A DNA stretch of 64,000 bases from Thermofilaceae archaeon (GCA_038861545.1 JAWCCZ010000004.1:32001-96000), one strand, 5' to 3'. Positions 10,075 through 20,185 are shown, counted from the stretch's first letter. Notes: generated by a model not told the origin, from the sequence alone. Numbers and translations are program-made.

Positions 10075-10698
10075 TTACGGAGGTATTCTTAAAATAATAC
10101 CAAATTCATCTCTCAGCTTAATCCGCTCTGGGACGCCGATTATCCACTTGCAGGGTCCATCTGGTTTTATATCAGCTATTTTCTCCGGGTCGGGGTGTAT
10201 AAGGGGGCATAGTGTAATATTAAAGAAAGGACTAACGTATCGGTGTATGTAGCTCACAGAAAAGCTGACCATATTGCATACTGCGCCCGAAATCGCTTTA
10301 ACGTATGTGTGTCCCTTGGTTACCCTTATCTCCACCTGAATCTTCACTTTAGTGTTTCCTGTTAGGGTTCTAACTTCGAAATCGGTTACATTAATTAGGT
10401 ATGTTGTCTCACCGTAGCTGAAGCGAAGTGTAGAGACGCTGAAGTTTGTAACTTCAAATAGTAGTAAGTTATAGCTTTCATTCATTGAATATAGTTGTTC
10501 AAGTAAGCTCTGGAGAACCTCGCTATTGCAGCTTTCTGTAGTTAGGCAAGCTCTTGCTAAGTGAACTAGCATTGCGGCCTGAAGATGCCCACGCTCGTAC
10601 ACGTAGATAGGCTCCTCCGGTAACGTTGAAACTATTGCAATGATTATTACAGCTAAAGCGGTAACGCCTAGTAAGGCAAACTGTGCTGTATGTTTCAT
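10075..10698 (-). CDS. Minor type IV pilin-like protein
   Basis: Class III-like signal MKHTA|QFALLG.. then hydrophobic helix; GTGAGG SD upstream. Confidence 0.6.
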   Translation of the reverse strand: MKHTAQFALLGVTALAVIIIAIVSTLPEEPIYVYERGHLQAAMLVHLARACLTTESCNSEVLQSLLEQLYSMNESYNLLLFEVTNFSVSTLRFSYGETTYLINVTDFEVRTLTGNTKVKIQVEIRVTKGHTYVKAISGAVCNMVSFSVSYIHRYVSPFFNITLCPLIHPDPEKIADIKPDGPCKWIIGVPERIKLRDEFGIILRIPP

Positions 10699-10709
10699 CT
10701 AACCTCACC

Positions 10710-11039
10710 TCAAGGCTTAACGCAAGCCCTAAGGACATCCACGTTGTTAGTAGATACATCAAAGATTGCGAAAGCATAGCAGATGCTTTTCTGGATGGTA
10801 TTGGAAGAAGATAATGAAACCTCATTTACCCATAGCTCGACTAAGTGATCACCTAGCGTGGTAATGGTTAAGTTAACGGCCGTAGCTGTATCCTGGGAGC
10901 ATAAAAGAACCCAGGCTAAAGCTCTTTGAACTGAAACTTGATGAACCGGTGTAATTTGTTTTACAACAATCGCTGTAAAGTAGGTTAGTGCGAGAGTTGT
11001 AATCATTGCTATAGCAAGAGATTCTAGATGTCTCATCAA
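10710..11039 (-). CDS. Pilin-like protein, N-terminal TM
   Basis: MRHLESLAIAMITTLALTYFTAIVV hydrophobic N-terminus, small extracellular domain. Confidence 0.55.
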   Translation of the reverse strand: MMRHLESLAIAMITTLALTYFTAIVVKQITPVHQVSVQRALAWVLLCSQDTATAVNLTITTLGDHLVELWVNEVSLSSSNTIQKSICYAFAIFDVSTNNVDVLRACVKP

Positions 11040-11158
11040 AGTAGGGTTTAACTTTTAAGTCGGTAACTAGAGTCGTAGAGGACATGAATACCTGAACTTT
11101 CAAACTTACCTAAATTGACTTTCTAGTTTTCCGCAATCGAAGCTTACCTAACGTGTAA

Positions 11159-11482
11159 CTAAGTGTCGCAGCCTTCCGAATAATCTCCCATGATTTTAAT
11201 ACAAGCCGGAAAACTAGGTGTGCTGCCTTTAGCATAATGCAAACGCGTGATATAACATTCACCTGCTTGGCAGACCTGTACCCCTCGATCGCTAACCTTG
11301 AATGCAACGGGTTTTGGAAGAATTATTATAATTTCAGCGTCAGTTGGAGAGCTATTTATGGCTTTTGCGACTAATTCAGGGTAGCAGTCGTACTTTAAGT
11401 TCCAAAGCCTTAACGCTAAGGAGAATAATCCAACCATAAGGAAAACTTCAGCCAACGCCACTAGAGTTTCATCAACTGCCAC
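11159..11482 (-). CDS. Pilin-like protein, N-terminal TM (3' end possibly frameshifted)
   Basis: Hydrophobic N-terminus; overlaps upstream gene stop; Cys pairs. Confidence 0.5.
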   Translation of the reverse strand: MAVDETLVALAEVFLMVGLFSLALRLWNLKYDCYPELVAKAINSSPTDAEIIIILPKPVAFKVSDRGVQVCQAGECYITRLHYAKGSTPSFPACIKIMGDYSEGCDT

Positions 11483-12065
11483 AGAATACCACCTTCAATT
11501 TTCGTAACCTAACTTCGCGATAGCCTTTCCAGGTATAGATAACGTTTCCATTAACTGCAATTAAACCAAAGTTCCGTGAGAATAAATGACCTACATATGT
11601 ATCGGCTGCCTGAGTTACCACTAAGCAACCGTTACTATGAGAAATATCTGTTGCAACGTACGTTATGATTAGATGCACCCCGTTTTCAATTACGTCGACA
11701 GAACTGATGACTCCTGCATGTGTGCTGTTGCCCCATACCTTCCATAATGTAGGAAGACCTTCTTCAAAGGGGTTTTGAGGAGAGCCGGGTGAGCCGCTTG
11801 CCTCATATAATACTAAAACTCTCTTTAATGGGAAAGTATAGTTAACGCCATCTATACATGAATCAATCATAAAGTCTCTTTCTTCTAGTGTTACCGATAA
11901 TCCCTCTGGCATATTAGCATAACCACGCGTTAGGGCATCCCTTAAAATAAAAGCCACTTTATAATCGTAACTGGGTTTGAAAGCCATTATTCCTATTACT
12001 GTGAACATTATCATGAAGGAGACAACAATTATAGTTAATGCCAATACTAGGTAATTCACTACCAT
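11472..12065 (-). CDS. Pilin-like protein, N-terminal TM
   Basis: Long N-terminal hydrophobic helix plus beta-rich domain; first gene of the minus-strand run, TATA ~25 nt upstream. Confidence 0.6.
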   Translation of the reverse strand: MVVNYLVLALTIIVVSFMIMFTVIGIMAFKPSYDYKVAFILRDALTRGYANMPEGLSVTLEERDFMIDSCIDGVNYTFPLKRVLVLYEASGSPGSPQNPFEEGLPTLWKVWGNSTHAGVISSVDVIENGVHLIITYVATDISHSNGCLVVTQAADTYVGHLFSRNFGLIAVNGNVIYTWKGYREVRLRKLKVVFCGS

Positions 12066-12143
12066 ACACTCTTAAGTTACTCCTTAAAATAAAAATCTTC
12101 CTCAAAGTTCTAAAGACCTCTTAGAGATGAGTGACAAGTTACG

Positions 12144-12266
12144 TTAGCTTAAACCCTTCCTTGCGGCTTTCCTTGCTATAAACCCAAGCATGAAGATTTA
12201 CCAATAAACAATAACTAGGAGACCAATTAATGTCACAACTTTTACTGAGAGAACTTGAATGACCAA
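12144..12266 (-). pseudogene. Small single-TM peptide gene interrupted by an in-frame TAA
   Basis: Reads MVIQVLSVKVVTLIGLLVIVYW*IFMLGFIARKAARKGLS*; hydrophobic helix runs across the stop and ends in a basic tail; TTATAA ~30 nt upstream. Confidence 0.4.
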
Positions 12267-12309
12267 AAAATATAATAATATCTTAATTTAACAATTATAA
12301 CTGGTAAAT

Positions 12310-12660
12310 ATGACTTTCAAGAGGGAAGAAAAGGTTGAGAGTGAAAACAAGGATTTCTTCAGAGAATATGAATCTACTAAAGCAAGAATGACTTCTTCGA
12401 ACGCCCATAAAGGACAGACGACAACTCCTGATGCAATAGAAATCCCAATGCAACGGGCGGATAAGTATACTTCACTCGACAGCTTAGTAGCAAGTTTGAA
12501 AATACTTAATTTTGACACAAAACCCCTTGAAGCATTGAGGGATTACGCTAAAAGGTTGGAGGAGGAGGAAAGCCGTCTGCTCAAGGAAATTCAAGATAAG
12601 CAAAGAATCTTAGAGAAAGTTCGTTCTGCTAGAGATATTCTGAGAAAACTCGGACTATAA
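12310..12660 (+). CDS. Hypothetical protein with C-terminal coiled coil
   Basis: 116 aa ORF, heptad-like E/K/R/L-rich C-terminus, 16 nt upstream of the pilus ATPase. Confidence 0.7.
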   Translation: MTFKREEKVESENKDFFREYESTKARMTSSNAHKGQTTTPDAIEIPMQRADKYTSLDSLVASLKILNFDTKPLEALRDYAKRLEEEESRLLKEIQDKQRILEKVRSARDILRKLGL

Positions 12661-12676
12661 TTATAAGTGAATCATT

Positions 12677-14176
12677 ATGCCCATCGGAAAGACTGCTCAA
12701 AAAATTCGGAAAATAGTACCAACGAGAGAAGGCAAAAATATACCTGAGGAAAGATCCTTGCAGCTACAGAATACGCTGTTAGCTAAAGAGAAAGACTGTG
12801 CTAAACAGTCCACCGAAAATCAAGTAAACGATAACGTCTATTCAACTTCATCATTTAACACACTACTTCAGCTGGGTTCTTTTACTACCACCTATCTTCA
12901 GCCAAAAGTAGAGTTAGGACAAACATTAAGTAAAAAGAAAGAAGGACTTCGTAAACCCAGAATGCCTGTAATAAAACTAAAGGAACCCTCAAAACTAGAA
13001 GGTGTTGAGGTACCTTTGCCTCCAATGTCCGGAAAAATCATACATATAACTAGTGGAGATATAGTTTTAGGTGATGGAAAAGTTAGAGTTTATTGCTTTA
13101 GTGAAGGCCCATGGGGGCCGCTGCAACCCCTTGCCGATTACCCCGAAACCCAAGAAATTTTCATTACTGAAAAATCCGGTTTACTCAACATAACTGCCAG
13201 TATTTCTGGAAAAAGATTCTTCGTAGAACTACCGCGAGAACTTATCGCCGAAAGACTCGCACAACGAATTGCCATTATGTCCGGTATGAGACTCTCGGAA
13301 AGGGAGCCGCAGGCTTCGGGAGAATACTGTGGTTGGAGGGTTAACATCTCCCTACCACAGCTTTCAGGTGGGTGGCAGATTGCAGCAGTTAGGGTAGTTA
13401 GAGTCGAACCATTCAAAGAAAATCCACTCCTCCTAGCTAGACTGTTGGCCTTAGCCGCTATGCCCTCATCTATCGCCTTTGTGGGACCACCAGGCTCTGG
13501 AAAAACTACAACTTTAATTAGAGTCTTAAAAGAAATGGTAAGATTGTGGCCTCACCTCAGGGTTAGCATTGTGGAAGAGGAACCCGAAGTTGCTGTGCAG
13601 GTACAGGGTCCATGCGTGATTTCCTATTTCTCCTTCGCTGGCCGTAAAGTTACAGATAATATACGTGCGACAAGGAGGTATGACAGACCCGATATCCTTG
13701 TGGTAGGTGAGCTCAAGGGTGAAGAAGTACCGAGCTGGTTTGAGGCGGCAGGTAGTGGTATACCGGTTTTTACAACAGCCCATAGCGTTACATTGAGTGA
13801 TCTTCTAAGACGGTTAGATTCGCTAATTCAAGCCAATGGTATCCATGGAGCGAGCGTAGTTGATGTTGTCAGAGTATGGGTTATATGTGGAAAAGTCATA
13901 GATTCGATTGGTAGTGTAAAGCGAGACATTTTAGCGGTTTATACTACCATGCCTAATGGGCTTCAGCCTATCTATAAGCCTGGGAGGTATCTTCCAGAAG
14001 ATGAATTTCTGGAATTGCTACCTCCTGAGCTACAGTTATCAATTAATAACGAATACGACTCGGTTGATGTTTACAGCAGCATTAAAGAAGCTCTTGACGC
14101 TACAATAAGTAATGTGCGGTTTGAACACTTAGATTCTATCCCCTTACAAGAGGTGCGAGGACATGAGGCTTTTTAA
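12677..14176 (+). CDS. Type II/IV secretion (TadA/CpaF/VirB11-like) ATPase
   Basis: Walker A GPPGSGKTT, Asp-box-like VEEEPEV, Walker B RPDILVVGELKGEE, TTAHS; WRVNI..P N-domain. Confidence 0.88.
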   Translation: MPIGKTAQKIRKIVPTREGKNIPEERSLQLQNTLLAKEKDCAKQSTENQVNDNVYSTSSFNTLLQLGSFTTTYLQPKVELGQTLSKKKEGLRKPRMPVIKLKEPSKLEGVEVPLPPMSGKIIHITSGDIVLGDGKVRVYCFSEGPWGPLQPLADYPETQEIFITEKSGLLNITASISGKRFFVELPRELIAERLAQRIAIMSGMRLSEREPQASGEYCGWRVNISLPQLSGGWQIAAVRVVRVEPFKENPLLLARLLALAAMPSSIAFVGPPGSGKTTTLIRVLKEMVRLWPHLRVSIVEEEPEVAVQVQGPCVISYFSFAGRKVTDNIRATRRYDRPDILVVGELKGEEVPSWFEAAGSGIPVFTTAHSVTLSDLLRRLDSLIQANGIHGASVVDVVRVWVICGKVIDSIGSVKRDILAVYTTMPNGLQPIYKPGRYLPEDEFLELLPPELQLSINNEYDSVDVYSSIKEALDATISNVRFEHLDSIPLQEVRGHEAF

Positions 14177-14411
14177 CATTTTTAAGAAAGGAGATGAGTT
14201 TGAGATTGAAATCAGGGAAGCCCGGAAGCTTGCTAAAAGAGCGCTAAAGAAGATGAAAGGTATCGAGAAAGCTACCCGGAAGTCCAAGTTCAAGAAAAAG
14301 AAGTGGGGCGAAATACTTGAATTTCTGCTTCCAGAAGAGCTTTTAGATCCTACCGATTATTCTGAAAGCGAGGTAATAGGCTCACATTTTTCCTACAATA
14401 AGGAGCTCTAG
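14163..14411 (+). CDS. Small basic hypothetical protein
   Basis: Overlaps ATPase stop, GAGGTG/GAGG SD upstream; Lys/Arg-rich. Confidence 0.55.
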   Translation: MRLFNIFKKGDEFEIEIREARKLAKRALKKMKGIEKATRKSKFKKKKWGEILEFLLPEELLDPTDYSESEVIGSHFSYNKEL

Positions 14412-15065
14412 TAATCTAACGATAGAAGCATCGAATTCTTCAGAGGTTAAATCAATGGTTTTCTTTAGAGTCTGAGGCGATAGCCTAGCTACGGCGGAAT
14501 CATATGGTATAACCACGTACTGACAACCAGTTTTCTTACAAAAGTTATCTATTACTTTCCTGTAGTATTCCACTATAGTTTGGTAATAAGGTCTAGGTTG
14601 ATTTAAGGCTATTATCACATGTTTATCACCAAATGTATAAAGAGACGTGCTAACTGAGGCCGGATTGGGTTCCGTAACAACAAGAATCGTGTCGGTAACT
14701 TCAATAAGGGGCATATACCTGCCGACAGTATCTACATCGGTTAGCGCTGGAAGATCTATAATTTTAATTTTAAATCCTAGAGATTTTACAAATTCAATTA
14801 CTTCATTTACATTCCTTATAGGTCCTCTATTTACTGATATAGTTAACTTAAGGTCCTTCACGTTTACACTCCTAAGTGATTCACTTGGACTCTCGGAAAG
14901 GTAAGGACCTGAAACTTCTCCAACTAGGTAAGAAGTTGCTCCACCGTCCGCGCTAGCATCTATGAGAAGCGTGGGTACTACAGTTGAAGAAACTAAGCTA
15001 AGAAAAGAGGCTAAAGTTGTTTTACCGGTACCCCCCTTGCTACCGCTAAACGTGGCTACTATCAT
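14382..15065 (-). CDS. ParA/MinD family ATPase
   Basis: Deviant Walker A KGGTGKTT, LLIDAS, IIDLP, VVTEP, VIPYD. Confidence 0.88.
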   Translation of the reverse strand: MIVATFSGSKGGTGKTTLASFLSLVSSTVVPTLLIDASADGGATSYLVGEVSGPYLSESPSESLRSVNVKDLKLTISVNRGPIRNVNEVIEFVKSLGFKIKIIDLPALTDVDTVGRYMPLIEVTDTILVVTEPNPASVSTSLYTFGDKHVIIALNQPRPYYQTIVEYYRKVIDNFCKKTGCQYVVIPYDSAVARLSPQTLKKTIDLTSEEFDASIVRLLELLIVGKM

Positions 15066-15142
15066 AATCTATAATTAAAATAGTATAATAATTTAAACTT
15101 TACGCATATTTACGCTTACTGCAGCTTAATGCGACTCTGAAT

Positions 15143-18100
15143 TTAGAGTCTTGGGGGGTATCTTATTGGTAATGGAATTATTATATAAATCTTGTTGTAA
15201 TTAGAAAATATACCTGACACCGGCTTAAGATATGCTGCTATCCACTTTTCCCTAATACCTATTCCAATGTTTAGTTTATCTTTCGGAATCTTATCTTTAA
15301 AGTAAAATACTTTAACGAGTCTTCTTGATCCCTCTTTAATGTCCCATTCTTCAATCTCGATGATTATATCTGCGTGCCAAGGTGCTTCTCCCAGAAAACT
15401 TTCGCCTACGTTTCCACTCGTAAAACATTGCCAGCCAATGCTCAAGCTATCCGCTTCCCAATTCACTGATACCACAGTTGCTGGTACAAGGGTTACGTTT
15501 ACTGGAGCTGAAAGCTGATATTTAGTCAACCTAGCGCTTGAAGCGGTACCAAGGTTGTGTTGCCATCTGACCCAAATCTGGAAAGGCTGCATGTAGCTTC
15601 CGGTAGAGTTTTTCAAGCCTGCGGGATAGACCTTCTCGTAGAAAAGTAAACTGTCACCCAGGTTCAAGCTATAGGTAACACTATCCTCTCTAAGGCTTGT
15701 AGGCTGGTAGCTCCAAAAGCCTATTTCCCCCTTATATGATTCGAGTGATACTCCTAGCTCTTCTGTAGGTAAGCCTAGTGTCGCATTAACGCTGCTAGGC
15801 GGCTTGTACTTCCACATTAGTGTAACGTTTAACGATACTATAGTTGTTCTACGCCTTAGCTGTGGAGAATACTCTTCAAAACGGTATGATGGTGTTATAT
15901 TTACAATCTCAAGTTGCGAAACTACAACTGGCTGCCGGATCTTTAACCCACTGTCTAAGTGATGGAAAATTAAGTTATATACAGCGTAAGTTACGTTGCC
16001 AATCCAAAGCTGCGACGCATCTACGGTTGAGCTTGCCTGGCTAAGTACAGCTTCTGGGTTCCATGCAACTAATGCCAGAAAATACCAATTTTTGTATAAT
16101 GATGGTATATTACCGTCTATTATTTGAGGGAAAATACCTATGCTACTTGCATTCCATTTAACCACGCACTTCGAACCAGTACACGTCTCACAAGAATCCG
16201 CTACTCTACTCCAGTCTACGGTCATGTTTACTTTCAACCAAGAAAATGGAACGTAAACAACCTCTGAACCATTAGTTAACATGACATAAATTTTGGCACT
16301 ATTATCGGTTACTCTATCAGGGTAGAAAATTGTTACATTTACCATCCACAGCCCAGATAATCCCCATATTCTATTCAGTAAAGGATTTGGTAAACCTTCA
16401 CCTGGTAGGAATATCGATCGATTTGTCAGAAGCATAGGTGAATGGTAAACATAACCTTCGGGAGCGTAACAGGCGGTAATAGTAGTTACGTTACTGGGGC
16501 GTAATCCAAATATTGTACTCCCCTTCACCTCTTGACCGTTAACGTCCCAATACTTTAAAACGAAATTCGTTGAATTCAGCTTAATCACTGACAGGTTTAC
16601 CTTACCTGTACTCCCACTATTATAGATTGTTATATAGCCATTAATATTTATATTCAATGCCGTCTTTGTAGTCCAACGAGTTGAGCCGCTACTTAAGTCG
16701 GTGATCAGGGCAGAACACCTCCAAAGCGGTGCATCCGGAGAAGGGCATATATAAACGTCTATGTCGGGGTTATTCCAAGAGGATCCTATCTTTATCACGC
16801 TGGCTGTCACGTCGTATGTTCCAGAGAAATACTGATTCCATCGATAAATCCCTCTTCCTAGCGTGATGTCTAAGACCCCCTCTAGAATCCTCACTGTAGC
16901 AGTTATCTGTAGGGGAGCAGTGAACATGTACCTGTTACTTACAACGAAACCTTGAGTATTGGAACCGTTTAAGCAAAGTAGAGGAGACACGTAAACGTCG
17001 TCCACTACGCCCTGCAACTGCACCATATCGTTCACCCAAGAGTTCTCAGGTAATGGTGTTAAGATGCGAGCTCGGAGCAACATATTAGGCTCGTATTTGT
17101 AAGCAGCTAAGGTTCCAACAATATAGTTTGCTGTGACACCGCCGGTAACTGTAGCATCCTCCACAAAACCTGTCCAATACCATTGGCTCGGAGATGATAG
17201 TCGAGCGTAACCTGTCCACCACCCTGCGAACTTATAGCCCGGCGCGGGCTGCGCTATGGCGGCATAGGCTGTCATAGCGGTACTAGACCAGCTGCGCACT
17301 CTTATACGGATAGGTTCATTTTTCAACTCTATGTCTAAGCTCTTAACCTCTAAGTCCATGGATCCCTGGTGATAGGTTAACTGGAGCCACCCGTTGCGGG
17401 TGCCTTTCTCGACCCATAGGTCGCCGATACCTTCAGCCTTGTAGTAAACCCTGTAAATGCCCGTCAGGTTAGCCGTGCTCATGGACGCTGTTCCCAGATA
17501 ATTGCGTGTCTTAACGAAGGAAACGTTGCCAGCTAAGCCTCCATTACCGTAAACTGAGTTGAAGGAGTGTGTCCACCCCACATTTAGCGCGGCGTAAGGC
17601 TTAGCATCCGGGTTAACAGTGATCGTGTACAAGTAACTAGAAGCAAGAGATACATTATAAGGGTAGTAGAGAGAGTAGGGACCAACTACTCGAGTATGAA
17701 ACATACCCGTTATAGGTACAATTAACTGTTGATATCTGCTCGGTGGGCTACTTTCACTTACTCTAGGATAATAGGCGCCGGTTACCCAAAACATAGCGGA
17801 ACCTATATCACCGTCTCCTGAGCCCACCTCTCTAATTCCTCCGCCCATGTATACGAATCCCTGAACTTTCCCATAATAGACAGTATAGTACATGGTAGCG
17901 CCTGTCCATCCACAGCCCACGACAGGGATACCAGAGCTCAGTTGTGCTGAGGGCCCGGCGAAACTGTACTGGTACTCAGGTGGATATAAATATACAGTGT
18001 TGTCCGTATCCGGCTGTGTAGGTGGTTTAATCGTCGGATTGTTATTATGGCCTCCAGTAGTTCCACTTTCCCAGCTAAGTGTGCACTCACAACTCTTATT

Positions 18101-18514
18101 ACCGTTCCAGCTCCAGAGGGAATTTACATAACTATGATCCGGATATAGCCAATACCACCATTTGATGTACATTTTCAGGTAATTGTAAGGTTGCCACATA
18201 CCATTATATGGCACGCTACCTTCGTAACGGTACTTTAAAGCCGCTATTGTCGGGCCTTTCTGTGAATCGTAGTCCCTAGGTATAGTGCCCCGCACACCTA
18301 TTCCGTGGACATCTTCTACCACTTCACCGTCATACCGGACGGAACAGTAGGTTGTAGAGCAACTGCTCAAAGCGATATCAGCGTCCCACCAATCCGGGTA
18401 TCCACAGAAACTGGTATTAGAGCAGTAGGGTGTTGATCTAACCTCCTTCACAGTCATATAATAGATCAAGAGAAGCATCAAAGCCAGTAAGGCTAACTTA
18501 TGTAACTTCATCAT
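15143..18514 (-). CDS. Large secreted surface glycoprotein / putative adhesin
   Basis: Signal peptide, many Cys and NxS/T sequons, beta/Tyr/Trp/Gly-rich; AQPAPGYKFAGW segment like InlB-B/Flg_new repeat. Confidence 0.7.
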   Translation of the reverse strand: MMKLHKLALLALMLLLIYYMTVKEVRSTPYCSNTSFCGYPDWWDADIALSSCSTTYCSVRYDGEVVEDVHGIGVRGTIPRDYDSQKGPTIAALKYRYEGSVPYNGMWQPYNYLKMYIKWWYWLYPDHSYVNSLWSWNGNKSCECTLSWESGTTGGHNNNPTIKPPTQPDTDNTVYLYPPEYQYSFAGPSAQLSSGIPVVGCGWTGATMYYTVYYGKVQGFVYMGGGIREVGSGDGDIGSAMFWVTGAYYPRVSESSPPSRYQQLIVPITGMFHTRVVGPYSLYYPYNVSLASSYLYTITVNPDAKPYAALNVGWTHSFNSVYGNGGLAGNVSFVKTRNYLGTASMSTANLTGIYRVYYKAEGIGDLWVEKGTRNGWLQLTYHQGSMDLEVKSLDIELKNEPIRIRVRSWSSTAMTAYAAIAQPAPGYKFAGWWTGYARLSSPSQWYWTGFVEDATVTGGVTANYIVGTLAAYKYEPNMLLRARILTPLPENSWVNDMVQLQGVVDDVYVSPLLCLNGSNTQGFVVSNRYMFTAPLQITATVRILEGVLDITLGRGIYRWNQYFSGTYDVTASVIKIGSSWNNPDIDVYICPSPDAPLWRCSALITDLSSGSTRWTTKTALNININGYITIYNSGSTGKVNLSVIKLNSTNFVLKYWDVNGQEVKGSTIFGLRPSNVTTITACYAPEGYVYHSPMLLTNRSIFLPGEGLPNPLLNRIWGLSGLWMVNVTIFYPDRVTDNSAKIYVMLTNGSEVVYVPFSWLKVNMTVDWSRVADSCETCTGSKCVVKWNASSIGIFPQIIDGNIPSLYKNWYFLALVAWNPEAVLSQASSTVDASQLWIGNVTYAVYNLIFHHLDSGLKIRQPVVVSQLEIVNITPSYRFEEYSPQLRRRTTIVSLNVTLMWKYKPPSSVNATLGLPTEELGVSLESYKGEIGFWSYQPTSLREDSVTYSLNLGDSLLFYEKVYPAGLKNSTGSYMQPFQIWVRWQHNLGTASSARLTKYQLSAPVNVTLVPATVVSVNWEADSLSIGWQCFTSGNVGESFLGEAPWHADIIIEIEEWDIKEGSRRLVKVFYFKDKIPKDKLNIGIGIREKWIAAYLKPVSGIFSNYNKIYIIIPLPIRYPPRL

Positions 18515-18545
18515 AGAATAAAAAAATTTTAGAGAATAAAAACTT

Positions 18546-20033
18546 TTAGCTTTCCCATTCCACGACTTCTATTTTAACGTACATAGTTCCATAGGACGTA
18601 ATAAGAAGCCAACCCTCCTTAATCCCTTCAAGTAGCCTGTATGATGGTCCACCCTGTGCTTGTCCACAGGATCTAGGTATCCCGTTCTCTAAGCCAAACT
18701 CGCATTTGATATATTTATTATACTCTGGCGAGGAAAATGGGTCGTAGCCAGGCACGTTCCAAGCCTTCAAGGCTTCCCTATCAAACAACACCACTACGTA
18801 GCCTGTTCCGTACACGTTACCTGTGGGGAGGACGTAACGGCCACATGCAAGGGTATCCGCTACGTTTCTTATGACCATCATAATGTATGAGTCGGCTATC
18901 TTACTGGGCGTGGTCGTGAGGTTCGCATATACTCTAATTTTTCTCCAGCCTTCTGGTGGCTCGATAAAAACACTTACCCTACCGCCTTCAAGCTTTAGGA
19001 CTCCATTACCTAGATACTCATACTCACCGATGAACGGGACTATCATCCACCTATCCCCGGGGATAACCGGAGCTTTTACCATTGTTCCATTAGGTGTAAG
19101 TATTTCTGTGTATTTGATTGGATACACTAGCTTCGTGTAGACAACCACCTGCTCTAGTTCTAAATCTTCCATTGCGGTTACATGAAGCCTTGGACTTGGC
19201 CACTCGCCTTTATTCACGAGCCAGGAGACAAGGCAAACTAAGTGAGTTTCATTAAAAAACACACAACCCCTTCTATCAGATCCATACGGCTCAACCGATA
19301 TAGTAGCGTTTAGCTTTACACGGAGAGATGCATCTTGTGTGCATGGGATTCTACTCATGTTCCCATTTGTAGTTATAGTGATGTTCACCGGCACGAGAAC
19401 CCTCTTCAATGTAACTAAAACCTTCGCTTTAACGAAATTAAATAACTCTGTCTTGTTGTCTTCAACCAACACTAGTAAAGTACCCCAAGGCCACTCCCAG
19501 CCTTCAGGTGGCACAGGTTTAATCTGCAACACGCTACAGGCAGGAACTTCAACTTCCACGGGCAGTATAAACAGGGACTTGTTCACCATCAGCAAACTCC
19601 CTTTAACGTTAGACTTGAAAACAACCCTATACCTGGACTTTTCGAAAACTGCTTCAACAGTAGTATTACCCCTTACATAAAGCCGGAGTTCTGGCATTGT
19701 GTCGTAAATTGTACCATTCACCAACCACCACTTAAAAGCCCAGCACCTCCTTGGCTGAGCTCGAAATTCCAGTAAAAAAGGTTCTGTAGAGTTTACCAGT
19801 GTAATCTCGCTACCATTCACCAATACTTTACCTTCTCCCTCTGAAATTATAAAAACGAAAAATGGTCTCGATTGGGTTGACTTCTCAACATTTGAAATTT
19901 CAGAACTTTCCGAGAACCCTACAGATCCCTCCTCTCTTAACAAGAATATAGATATAGTTATTCCAATGATCACTACAACTGCTGCTAATGCTACTTTGAC
20001 ACTTTTTTCTAACTTAATGCGTTTATATTTCAT
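18546..20033 (-). CDS. Membrane-anchored surface protein with InlB-B/Flg_new-like repeats
   Basis: Likely start MKYKRIK (GGGAGG SD); single TM; repeats such as GEGKVLVNG..RAQP..WAFKWWLVNG..NTTVEAVF. Confidence 0.7.
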   Translation of the reverse strand: MKYKRIKLEKSVKVALAAVVVIIGITISIFLLREEGSVGFSESSEISNVEKSTQSRPFFVFIISEGEGKVLVNGSEITLVNSTEPFLLEFRAQPRRCWAFKWWLVNGTIYDTMPELRLYVRGNTTVEAVFEKSRYRVVFKSNVKGSLLMVNKSLFILPVEVEVPACSVLQIKPVPPEGWEWPWGTLLVLVEDNKTELFNFVKAKVLVTLKRVLVPVNITITTNGNMSRIPCTQDASLRVKLNATISVEPYGSDRRGCVFFNETHLVCLVSWLVNKGEWPSPRLHVTAMEDLELEQVVVYTKLVYPIKYTEILTPNGTMVKAPVIPGDRWMIVPFIGEYEYLGNGVLKLEGGRVSVFIEPPEGWRKIRVYANLTTTPSKIADSYIMMVIRNVADTLACGRYVLPTGNVYGTGYVVVLFDREALKAWNVPGYDPFSSPEYNKYIKCEFGLENGIPRSCGQAQGGPSYRLLEGIKEGWLLITSYGTMYVKIEVVEWES

Positions 20034-20185
20034 CCCTCCCCAGTAACATGGAATATAAGCCGGCATGTCTAAGACCCTTACATGCAATTAATAAAAATAA
20101 ATATCAGAGTTATATAAAAATTTTGGAACTAAGTGAACAATCCATATATAGAAAAACTTATAAACTGGAATTTTAAAATTATTTT

